DNA of 64,000 bases from Octopus bimaculoides (lineage: Eukaryota), in NCBI RefSeq assembly GCF_001194135.2, contig NC_069005.1, positions 8,497,804 to 8,561,803 of the forward strand, in the 5' to 3' direction. The notes beneath the pieces were generated by a model. That model was not told the origin of the DNA, made no database searches, and saw only the letters and a program-made list of their open reading frames with translations. Positions within the stretch are counted from its first letter, which is position 1; each line of letters begins with the position of its first letter. Shown piece by piece: positions 10,899 through 22,975 of this stretch. Both the position numbers and the translations under genes were made by a program.

Positions 10899-13800
10899 TT
10901 AAAAAGAGCTTCCAGTCTCAGCAAATCTTCTAGAGAAGAAGTGAAAACTTTTGGTTTTATTTACTTAACATTTCACTTTATCCTTTTGGGGTCTTCAGTC
11001 AGTGAATCATTTTCTTCAAACAATGGCCCTGAAAGGCTGAAAGACAAAGTAGACCTTGGCGGAACTTAAAATCAGAACATAAAGACAGATGAAATGCTGC
11101 TAAGCAATTCTGTTTGGCATGCTAATGATTCTGTCAGCTCACCATCTTGGTAGAGTATACTATTAATGAAAGATGCTTCAACTGTAACCTTCCTGTTTTT
11201 CTTTAACATCAAGAATTGTATTGTTTAGTATGCCTATTCTTTTATTTTTATAATCGTGTGATTTGAGGGAGATTTAGCTGCTATTTGTACCATGAAGAGT
11301 AACCATGTAGGTCACCCTCATTAATATCTGTCTACTTATGTAGTTATATATGTACTGAGATCTTGGTTAAGAATATTTTATTATGAGCCTTTTCTGGAAG
11401 AAAAGATTATGTCAACTGTTCCTTTGGGCAAGATGTAAATATCAAATATTTTTCTCTTCTCTGACCCATAAGTTTAGAGAAATTCTTGACATTATGATTC
11501 TATGGAGTCATGTGCAAGATGTTGGAATTTGTTTTTGTACCTACACGTACATGTTCACAGCATGTATGAGTATATATGCATGTTTGAGTATGTAAATGTG
11601 TTTATAGTTGAACACACACACACACGTATATATAGTTTAAAGAAAGCTTGGTTGCTATTTCTGACAGGTTGAATAACTGGATAGATCAGTGCCTCTCAAA
11701 GTAGGTTGAAGCACTGCCCACCTCCTTAATGTGGTATTACCTTCCGGGGGGGGGGGGGGNNNNNNNNNNNNNNNNNNNTTTTTTTTTTTTTTTTTTTTGT
11801 TATTGTCTCTTATTTAAATATTAATTTCTTTATAAAACATTTTAAATATTCTGATAGTCTACATATGTTAGCTCTCTCATTGACAATAACAACACAACAT
11901 CAATAATAATAAATAACTTGAAAATGTGAATAAATAAACAAAAAAATTATATATCCCACGTTTGCATATGCATTTTAAACAATAAACAAAATTATAATTT
12001 AATGACATAATCAAAATTTGTGCATATTTCCATACATGCAATAAAAACAGCTACTTCATCTGTAGCATTTGTTAACATCCTGACTTGCATGCACAGATAT
12101 ATTCATATGTACATACTTCAGTTTTGCTGAATCTTGCTATGAGTGTAATTTGTGAATCTCATAATCTACCCACATGCATGAACAGATATATTTAAGTGTG
12201 TTTGACAAAATGCATCTTTATGTTCTAAATTCAAATCCCTGATGAGGGTTTGAATTGGCCTTACAAAATGAAGTACCAGTCGAGTTCTAGGATTGATTTA
12301 TATTACTATAAAGAACATGAAATATAAATAAGGAACCTAAGATAATCCTGGAAATATAACAGAACAGAGAATAATTTAGCATTCATAAAATATGTGGCAA
12401 TAAAATACTGCCAATTTAATATTCCTATCCTACATACCAGATGGTTATGGAATTACAATAGAAGATTAAAACTATATTAATCTTCCTAGAATTCCTGGCC
12501 TTGTACCCGTCTTAGAGATTGGAAATTGAAACAGTAATGGTGAAGAACATTGAACCTATTGCATTTGTATTAGACTGAAGGCTCCAAAATGTTGAAGATT
12601 AAATATTGTAACAATTTTGGTATGTATGTCATCCGGAAAACTCAGAAACTATTGCAGCTTATTTTGGATATGGCCAAATGTGCATGTCAGCTTATATAAA
12701 AATGGCAATTAAATTGTTGGCAGAAAACCCCATTCAAAAGGATGATGATATATATATATATATATCAGATGCAGTAAAGAAGGCCATGAAAAGTGATGAT
12801 TCCCTGCTGGTTGATTAAGAGTTGATGTGTTGTATGCCAACCCATTTTCTATTAATCTTGTCTGTGACCACTTTTGCTTCTTTGGTACAAAAGCCACTCA
12901 TCTTTAAGTGTTAACTTTTAAATTAAAATGTGCCATCATTATTTTGTGTATGGATCTTATGTGAGATTTGTGATCCTAACACCAGGTTAATAATGATTTG
13001 TAAAAGAGGTACAAAACAAGAAATTGTTGTTGTTGTGGTCATTGAGGCACTGGTCAAGTTTGATAGAGTGGACATATGACAAAAAGTGTTCAAGCTATGA
13101 CCACTCCATCTTGTTTTCAGGCATGGTGTATCTGAGACTACATTATGAAACGTGGTACCTTCTCAGCTTTTTCTCATGAATCTGTTTGTTCACTCACCCT
13201 CCTATTCTTTGCCTTTCATTGACTCCCTTCCTCATACTGTCTTTCAGTTTTTGCCCTCGTACTATTCATTCCAATACTCCCTCCTCTGTCACCCTCTTTT
13301 TTCAATAACCATTTCCCTTTATCATACTCTCTTTCACCACTCTCTCTTCTGTTTACCCTCTTGGTCATGCTGCATTGAATAAACTATTGAGCCTTGTGAG
13401 TCACAAGGCAATTGCACTTGTGTTAGCACCAAAATAAGATACTTGCGGCCCATTCTGTAAAGTATCTGGCCTTAAGAGCTTGCAATCATAGAAACCACAC
13501 CAAAAATAAAATGTTTTGAGTGTTTTCCGTTGGAGGGCAGAGGGCAATAACTCTAAATAAAAACTAATATAGATCTTGACAACCTGTTCAATCCATTCTA
13601 GAGTAGAATGTGGATGTAAAAATGATTATCAAGATAATCATACTTCTTATTTCTCAAAGGCTATGATTTGTGGAAGATTTGGCTACTGTTTCTTACAGGT
13701 TAAGCAGCCATAATATGTTCAATTTGATGATAAAATTTTCATAATTGCTAGTACCCCAGTATGCTCTTAACTGTTTGAGGAAAAGTTACTGGACTGGAAC

Positions 13801-14590
13801 CTACAAATCACTCTGCTCAGTCATATTTATGTAGTGCCATCTTAGGACAATGTTAATTCTTTCTTCTTATTTACCTGTTTCTGGTTCTCTAAAAACTTCC
13901 ACTCACCAGGTGCAGATGTCTTAGATGAATATTTGATCTCTCTGTACAGATATATGCATATAGGTATGCAAATTATATATATATATATATATATACATGT
14001 GTTTGTTCATTTGCATGTATCTGTCTATGTATGAATATATGTGTATGTGTTTGTAGTTAATGTTTTCTTTTCTGATATTTCTAGAAATACATTACTTTCT
14101 AATTAGGAACAGCGCCTGAGGCTGTATTTATACATTTTGTATTTATGTTCTCTCTCCTCGATACATACATAGTTTATGTATGTGAACACATGCATGCATG
14201 CATTCACACACACACACACACACTTGTGTTTGTGTTTGTGTTTGTTACGGAAGACATTATCCATGTGCATTTCCGGAATAGCATCTTTTCTTTCTTTAAT
14301 TCTTTCAAAAATATCATTCTGATTATTTTTAAATTTTATTCTATTTTACTTTACTTTATTTCATTTGTAATCTTTATTTTGTATTATTTGTTGGTTTGTT
14401 TATTTTATGTGTAAGTGCTTATTTATTTATTTATTTATTTATGTATGTATGTGTGGTTAATGTGAGAAGAGTTTTTGGAGGGGATAAAATATATAAAAAA
14501 AAGTATCTTAGTTGTGATTAAGTTTTACATGTCTGCTGCTTAACTGTTATTACTTTGGCTAATGAGCAAAGTAATATCGCCCCTGTATAC

Positions 14591-14632
<42 letters not shown>

Positions 14633-14647
14633 ATGTATATATGCATG

Positions 14648-14690
<43 letters not shown>

Positions 14691-15229
14691 ATGTATATAT
14701 GCACGTGAATATATATATNNNNNNNNNNNNNNNNNNNNNNNNNNNNNNNNNNNNNNNNNNNNNNNNNNNNNNNNNNNNNNNNNNNNNNNNNNNNNNNNNN
14801 NNNNNNNNNNNNNNNNNNNNNNNNNNNNNNNNNNNNNNNNNNNNNNNNNNNNNNNNNNNNNNNNNNNNNNNNNNNNNNNNNNNNNNNNNNNNNNNNNNNN
14901 NNNNNNNNNNNNNNNNNNNNNNNNNNNNNNNNNNNNNNNNNNNNNNNNNNNNNNNNNNNNNNNNNNNNNNNNNNNNNNNNNNNNNNNNNNNNNNNNNNNN
15001 NNNNNNNNNNNNNNNNNNNNNNNNNNNNNNNNNNNNNNNNNNNNNNNNNNNNNNNNNNNNNNNNNNNNNNNNNNNNNNNNNNNNNNNNNNNNNNNNNNNN
15101 NNNNNNNNNNNNNNNNNNNNNNNNNNNNNNNNNNNNNNNNNNNNNNNNNNNNNNNNNNNNNNNNNNNNNNNNNNNNNNNNNNNNNNNNNNNNNNNNNNNN
15201 NNNNNNNNNNNNNNNNNNNNNNNNNNNNN

Positions 15230-15310
<81 letters not shown>

Positions 15311-15329
15311 CATACATATATATATATAC

Positions 15330-15360
<31 letters not shown>

Positions 15361-15361
15361 C

Positions 15362-15406
<45 letters not shown>

Positions 15407-15574
15407 CATACATACATATATATATGCATACATACATACATATATATATATATATTTATTTATATATATATATATATATTCATGTATGTATGTTCATAAA
15501 TATGAATGTGAGTGTCCATATATATTTATAACCTTGGATAATTGCTTTGCCTTCAAGGTCTTGTTAGATATTAC

Positions 15575-16021
15575 CAAACAAATGAACGTTGTCAAATTAT
15601 TCTTTTGCCAATTCCTTAGAAGACAAAAGTAAAATAAAAAAAAAACAGAACAAACAAACAGCAAAAATAATAGGGGAGAAAAGCAAAAATAGCAGGTAAA
15701 AATAAAACCACTTACCTGGAAATGCAGAAGATTATCACTTATCATGTTTAGTAAAATGTATTTCAGTGTTTTCTTTTGGTGACTTTGATTCTTATTGTAT
15801 TTTCACAGTGGTGGTGGTGGTAGTGGTGGGTTGATCTTTTGTGGGGGTGTCGGGGGATTAATTGTTAATTAAACTAACTAATGAATTGACAATGAATGAC
15901 TGTATAAATAAATATTGGGAATGAATTAATCAAGGAGGGGGGAAAAAAAAAAAGAATGAGCGGAACAAATGGTAAAGTCTTACGTACAGACTTTCGAGCC
16001 TGGAGACAATGTGTTTCTTAA
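15575..16021 (-). other. Candidate spliced non-coding or 5'-UTR exons (16021/15999-15984, 15899-15716, 15614-15575)
   Basis: Two adjacent short introns (84 and 101 nt) with GTAAGA / GTAAGT donors and pyrimidine-rich ...TACAG / ...CTAAG acceptors, then a further donor TTG|GTAATA. No long open frame. Confidence 0.3.
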
Positions 16022-16086
16022 CTAAAGTATTGTCTATGTTGTTTGTGACTGTTTGTGCATGTGTGAGAGCATGTCGATAAGTGTGC

Positions 16087-16117
<31 letters not shown>

Positions 16118-17532
16118 TGAATGATGCATTATTAGTGTTGACTTTTATGTGAGAAAGAGAATTTGACATGTAAAGTAGAGTAAGTATAGAGGAATCTAGA
16201 AATTTTGTGCAAAAACTCTTTTCTAAAATATTTTGATATGAAATTCTACCTGAATGAGAAACTCGTGGCATGCGCACACATATGCACATATGTGGTTAAG
16301 AAGTTTGCTTCTGAACCATAGGGTTTTAGGTTCAGTTCGACTATGTGTCTTATACTTTAGACCAGGACGTTCAAAGTCTTGTGGGTGGATATGGAAACTG
16401 AGAGAAGTCTATGTATCATATATATGTATATATATGTGTGTATGCTTGTGTCCCCTTGGCTACACACTACTTGATGGTTGCGAATAAGTATCACTGTCAT
16501 GGAAACAGTGTCATTCATTTCCAATATTCCATATAAATATATGTGGCCATATGGCAATATTATCTTGTTTGGAAACAGATGAGGGCAGCTGACTGTAGAA
16601 AATCTGCCTCAATAAACTACGTCCAACCAATGCAGAATGCACTCCACCCTACTTGAATGTAGGTATGATACACAATATCCACTTTTCAACTACCAACTGT
16701 TAAACCAATGCACATAGAACTAATGCAGTAAACCAACATGGTCGAACTAACACCGTCAATTACACTGCTGACAGTTCACCCAGTTCTTATTTATTGTAAT
16801 CAGTTAGTCCACTTTCAGTTATTTGGGGGTGTTCATGCTTCTCCCATAACAGTAAGTCAAATGATATTTTATTGACTTCAAATGGGTAAAAGACAAAGCC
16901 AGACTTGGCAGTATTTGAACTCAGAGTGTAAAAGGCCAGAAGAAATACTACCAAGCCGTTTTTGTTTGGTGTGGTAGCAATACTGCCAGCTAACTACGTT
17001 ATCCATGTGAATAATTACAAGAACAAAGAAATTATTTTGAAAAGAATAAAAGAATTATTGATTTGTGTATGTGTTTGTGTTACATAAGGCAGACTTTGGC
17101 AGTTCTTGTCTACCAAAGAAGGTGCCATTCAGTGAGATCAAACCCATAGCCATATGGTTGCTAACCACCCAAAGGAGATTATACCTGCTATTTCTAGCAT
17201 GTCATGCGATCATGAAGTGATGCTGAAAGTTATTTTGGCTGTTGACATTGTTTTATATTTCAAGAGGAATTTATAGATATCTACTGAGAATTTTTATGGA
17301 ATAATTGGTCAAATTCTTCAAAAAAAAAAAAAAAGTATGTCGTTTTATTTTATTTTTTAATCCTTTTTATATTTTTTGTTTTTAACTTCATTCTGTATGA
17401 GACATAATATGATTACATGCAGGAACAATATATCACTGTAGACAATAATACCATGATAAGAATGGTAGTAATAATATTAACTACTCTACAATGAACTGAG
17501 GAACACAATATGAAATTGTATAGCATAACTGA

Positions 17533-17584
<52 letters not shown>

Positions 17585-17980
17585 TATACACACACACACA
17601 CATAAATAAACATATGTGCATGTGTATGTGTGTGTCCATGTGTGTATATGCACACAGATGCATACACATGCATGTACACACATACACACAGATGGGAATA
17701 TGTTTGTAAATGTTTGCACATATACTGGCATGTGAGTGTGAATATATATCTGCATGCATGTGGGTGTATGTGTATGTGCAAATATTTGTATATGTGGTTG
17801 TACATATGGAAGCACACACACACATGCTCCAATGGCTAGAGAAAAGTAGATGAAAAATTTCTCAGGGTTACCTTCTGCAAAAATAACATGCATATGTGTT
17901 GGCTGATATACTTAAAACTGAGGTATCAAAACATATGGCCCATAACAATATGTTTTCTAGCCCTCATACCTACTCTCAGT

Positions 17981-18250
17981 TTATTCTTAGTTCTCTCTGT
18001 GCCATGGGGCACAGAAGGCCACAACGCAATCTCTCCAACCAGCTCTGTTTTTCTGCCACTGTTCTGGTCTCATTCCAGATTCTCCACCCTTCTTGTTTCA
18101 TTTTCCTTGTGAATGGTCCTTCACCATGTGATTTTAGGACTCTCAGGCTACCACTTCAGTATCTCCACACAATCTTGTCTGATGATGTCTCCAATCCGGT
18201 ATCAATGTCTGCATCTTATTTTATCACTGATCCCATTTACGACACAATTG
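17981..18250 (-). mobile_element. RTE-clade LINE ORF2 C-terminus (second RTE family), decayed
   Basis: Minus strand reads ...ILKW*PESPKITW*RTIHKE... then RAGWRDCVVAFCAPWHREN* (stop 17987-17989), the typical RTE end (W...V.A.C). Confidence 0.78.
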
Positions 18251-19559
18251 TGATGACATCAGCTCAAATTTTACATGAGAAAATTTATTAAAATAAGTAC
18301 TATCTTGAGTCCTGGGACTCATACAGCTGGTTACACATGAGCTTCTTTCAGTTTCCTCCTATCATCTCCACCCACAAGGCTTTGGTTAGCCTGCTACTGT
18401 AGTGGAAAACATTTGCTTAAAATGCCATGCAGTGAGACTGAAATCAAACCCATGGTTGGCAAGCAAGCTTCTTATCATACCGCCATGCCTGTACCCAAAG
18501 GAACGATATTGAATGAGCTTGCAGCTAAAACAGTGCAACCGTTCTATCAACAATTTTCAATCAAGCATAAAATAGTTTGCAAATTTGCCAGTCATGTATA
18601 AAATGAGTTGATTCTATTAAAGATGAATCTGAGGTATTTGGCAAATGTTTAAAAGAGTAGTTCTCTGTGCTGCACCGTAATGTAATTGTAAAATTGTGTG
18701 TGCCCATGTATATATATATGTGCATGCATCTAATTAAGTAATGTGTATACTAAATGTATATATTTACAAAATCAGAGTCAGTGGTATAACTGTAAGATGA
18801 TTATGAAACGGCTGTAACCTTAAAGAATAAAGCCTTATTTTGTCTCTACTTTCTCCTTGATTTTAATGATTGGTATTATATGTTACACTGTATTAGTATT
18901 ACTGCTAGTGTGTCCTAGATTTTCAAGTGTGTAGTTCTGTCAAATTGCATCCTAAATGTGCTTACTATGTAACTGGATAGCCAGTTCCCAGCTGGGATAT
19001 TTACCCTGAGTTCCACTTGATTCCCTGAAACCATTTTCCTACTCCATTTATAGATATATATTCAATGTGTTTCAGATTATCTGGCAAAGCCTGGTAGTTT
19101 CCAGAACATGGAAAGTGGTGGAGGGGAAAGTCTGTTTTTGACAGTCTATCATAGTATTTGAATTTTATCTCTTCTGTTTAACATTAAAGAAATAGACTTC
19201 ACCTTAACTCTTTTGTGATCATATTTCTAAGGTAATACATTTGCCTCCTATGTATTTCAATTAATTTTGAAAACAATCAGGATTTGTTGGGATTTAGTAA
19301 AATAATGAACATTTTTCTTTATTAACCTTACAATACCTGAATTATCAATACACATAAAAAGAAATATCAGCAAGTCTGGAAGCAAGAGTAAAAAGCTACA
19401 ACAACAGCCAAGTATTATAATTGAATTGCTTGCATGCAATAATACTGTTCAAACATAGAGAAGAATCATCCATAGAGCTCATTCAAGCACTTTCAATTTT
19501 GTTGTTGTTTCCTTCATAAAAATTTGTAATATTTGAAGCATCAGGAATTATTAACGTTA

Positions 19560-19715
19560 GGGTTAAGCTCTTGTTTGGAACGTAACTTAACAAAACGGTT
19601 CTAACATAAAATTATGATGGAAAGAATTTTTAATCTAGATTGGAGAGACTTTAAAACAAACAGGCTTTGTATGACGCAACCAGAGGTGGTCCCAGGTGGG
19701 TTGGTATCAAAAGGG
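19560..19715 (+). mobile_element. Same TTAA MITE family, 3' part
   Basis: TGTTTGGAAC...GATGGAAAG...TTTAAAAC...TTGGTATCAAAAGGG|TTAA aligns to 10790-10902. Confidence 0.65.
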
Positions 19716-20400
19716 TTAAGCAAATTTAAACAGCAGCTTAATGGATGCCTGTATTGTACACAGATCAATGCGTTGCCTATTGAACTATGTATGGGTTTGT
19801 GAGTGGGGAGGCTGTAATATGCTGGAAACAAAAATTTATTTCCGCTGGAAGTTTCAATAAAGATCAAGTAGAGACTGAAAACTAAAGATCTGAGAACACA
19901 CACACACACATACACGTGTGTGGGTGTGAACTTTGTTTCTTTTAGCTGCCAATTATATCAAGCCAAGTATTTTGTCTGGTACTTATTTTACCGACCTTGA
20001 AGCCTCCAAAAAGTATTGAAAGAAAAGGTGACTCTCTTTCTCTTAAGGCCCCAACACTATCTATTTTTCTCTCATTCTGGTCTAACGATCCCCCATGTTT
20101 GTTTTCGTTTGGTTTCCTTGTATGTATCCACTGTCACTTTTTTGTTCCCAACTTTGACCCTCCATAAATCCAAAATTTTATTTTAGAATTTATGGCAGCA
20201 ACTGTCTAAGAAGACTCATATTGTTGTTGAATGCTTGAAATGAAGAGTAGATAGACAGCCGGCAGATGATGAAGGGTCCTTTCTCTGTGTATACTTGTCC
20301 TGTTTACCAATTTTTTCTCATTGTTTGTGTATTTCATGTTATTTGCACCGTTGGTGGCATCCTGTACCAATATATGCATGTATATATATGTGTGTGTGTG

Positions 20401-20437
<37 letters not shown>

Positions 20438-21996
20438 GTCTATATATCTATCAGCATTGTGCTTCTTTTGTGAGCTATCCAAGCAGGTGTAGGTTACTTG
20501 GTTTATGACTGTTGGACTCGGCATGTATTCAGGCGTTTTGCTGACCAAGCTGGGTCAGCGGACTGAATATCGTGTGTGTGTGTGCATTTAATATATATAT
20601 ATATATATATGTATGTATATATATATAGGTCTATATTTATGTCATCTAGCCACAAAAAAACCTGCCTAAACAAACAGTGGAGTTTACTGAAGCTCCAGCT
20701 TGCCAGTTGCTGCCAAACCATCCAACTCATGCCAGCATGGAAGATGGAAATTAATTGATGATAATAATATACCTATGTCTATATGTATGCATATATGAAT
20801 ATACATATGTGTGTGCCGTTGTTATGATCGTCATGTTACTTTAAATTCTATTTTCAAGTGAACAGTTCCACACTTGCATAAGGTAGATGGTATTTGTTAA
20901 GGCACATTTTCTAAGGCTGGATGCACATCCTGTGGTCAACCCTTAGCTCTTTCCAACTAGGCTAATATTTTACTATGATTTTGCATAGTATTTGTAACAA
21001 GAGATTGCTTATATGACAGACATGCTAGTTTACAACTGACATAATATCAATACAAGACACAAACACACACACACATAAACAATTTATATACATCTCACTT
21101 TTGTATTGTCCATTTTCAAACATTCATACATACATACATACATGTTAACTGCACGTGGAGAAATAATAGGAAAAGAAAAAAGAAATAATAATGATAATAA
21201 GGCAGATTGCTTAACTGAAAGCATATTTTAATATAGATGTGTATAAGGAAGATTAAAAAGGATTTCTAACCAGCTTTTACTGCATGGCAAATATTCGAGA
21301 AGAGGGGAAATGAAAATAATGTTTTTTTACAAAAAAATAATAGATATATAAAAAAAATAAATATACCAATACATTATATTGTCTTTGAGCTTTTAAAGTT
21401 CAAAGGTAATCCATGTAGATAATTGTTAGATAGATTAGGATGCATGGAATTAAGAACCATGCTGTTTTTAAAAAGGGTGAATGTTTATGTGTCAAACAGG
21501 AAATGTGGATAAGGGGAGACAATTCTGTGGGTTTTATACTCTTTAGTTGGAGCTCTGGNNNNNNNNNNNNNNNNNNNNNNNNNNNNNNNNNNNNNNNNNN
21601 NNNNNNNNNNNNNNNNNNNNNNNNNNNNNNNNNNNNNNNNNNNNNNNNNNNNNNNNNNNNNNNNNNNNNNNNNNNNNNNNNNNNNNNNNNNNNNNNNNNN
21701 NNNNNNNNNNNNNNNNNNNNNNNNNNNNNNNNNNNNNNNNNNNNNNNNNNNNNNNNNNNNNNNNNNNNNNNNNNNNNNNNNNNNNNNNNNNNNNNNNNNN
21801 NNNNNNNNNNNNNNNNNNNNNNNNNNNNNNNNNNNNNNNNNNNNNNNNNNNNNNNNNNNNNNNNNNNNNNNNNNNNNNNNNNNNNNNNNNNNNNNNNNNN
21901 NNNNNNNNNNNNNNNNNNNNNNNNNNNNAAATATATTTATATATATATTTTTCATATATATATATATATATATTTAAATATATTTATATATATATT

Positions 21997-22024
<28 letters not shown>

Positions 22025-22028
<4 letters not shown>

Positions 22029-22510
22029 CTTGGAAATCCACTGGATAATGGTTTCCCTTCATGGGAGAATTAATAGTCAAAATTATTTAAGCATTTTATC
22101 TGATCAAATTCATCCTATGGTTGCAGAACTGTTTCAGGAGGGAAACGCAATCTTTCAGGATGATAATGCACCAATTCACACAGCTAAAGTTGTTACTGAA
22201 TGGCATGAGGAACATTCTAGTGAAGTCGAACATCTTATCTGGCCACCCCAGTCCCCAGACCTCAATTTTATTAAACATTTATGGTGCATTTTAGAAAAGC
22301 AAGAAAGGAGTTGATATCCTCCACCATCATCACTACAAGAACTGCAGACTGTTTTAGCTGAAGAATGAACAAATATTCCTTTGGAAACAATTCAAACTTT
22401 GTACGAGTCCATACCTAGTAGAATATAAGCTGTAATTACTGCCAAAGGTGGTCCTACCCCATATTAAAATAAATTTGTTTGAAATTTTAAGGTATTTTCA
22501 TTATTTTGTC
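22025..22510 (+). mobile_element. Tc1-like DNA transposon remnant: C-terminal half of transposase (DD36E spacing, pseudogenised) plus partial right TIR
   Basis: Translation ISWKSTG/(frameshift)MVSLHGRINSQNYLSILSDQIHPMVAELFQEGNAIFQDDNAPIHTAKVVTEWHEEHSSEVEHLIWPPQSPDLNFIKHLW...YESIPSRI*AVITAKGGPTPY* with stop at 22465-22467. The QDDNAP and WPxQSPDLN motifs are Tc1 hallmarks. Three internal stops; the catalytic E reads K. Confidence 0.93.
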
Positions 22511-22724
22511 TCACTTGTCTCAGTCATTTGACTGCAGCCTTGCTGGAGCACTGCCTTTAGTTGAATAAATCGACCCCTAGACTTATTCTTTGTAAGCCCA
22601 GTACTTTCTCTATCAGTCCCTTTTGCTGAACAACCAAGTTACAGGGATATAAACACACTAACATCAGTTATCAAGTGATGGTAGAGGGTTAAACAGACTC
22701 ACAAATACATACATACATGCATAC

Positions 22725-22794
<70 letters not shown>

Positions 22795-22957
22795 CGACGG
22801 GCTTCTTTTAGTTTCCATCTACCAAATCCACTTAAAAGGCTTTGATTGGCCTGAGACTATAGTAGTAAACACTTATCCAAGTTGCTACACAGTGGGACTG
22901 AAACCGGAACCACGTGGTTGGGAAGCAAGCTTTTTACCACGCAGCCACTCTTGTGCC
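22511..22957 (-). mobile_element. SINE family A, full-length copy
   Basis: Reverse complement of the 40610-41015 consensus, from tail (TCACTTGTCTCAGTCATTTGACTG) to head. It abuts the Tc1 TIR. Confidence 0.88.
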
Positions 22958-22975
22958 TATGTATATATACATATA

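Noticed and set aside
11746-11799. Poly-G and poly-T runs flanking a short gap
   Set aside because: Homopolymers at contig ends are typical sequencing or assembly artefacts.
12228-12256. CTGATGA inside the hairpin AATTCAAATCCCT-GATG-AGGGTTTGAATT as a hammerhead (also CTGATGA at 10298 and 50950)
   Set aside because: No GAAA-type core at the required position; the left arm is a SINE B-box remnant.
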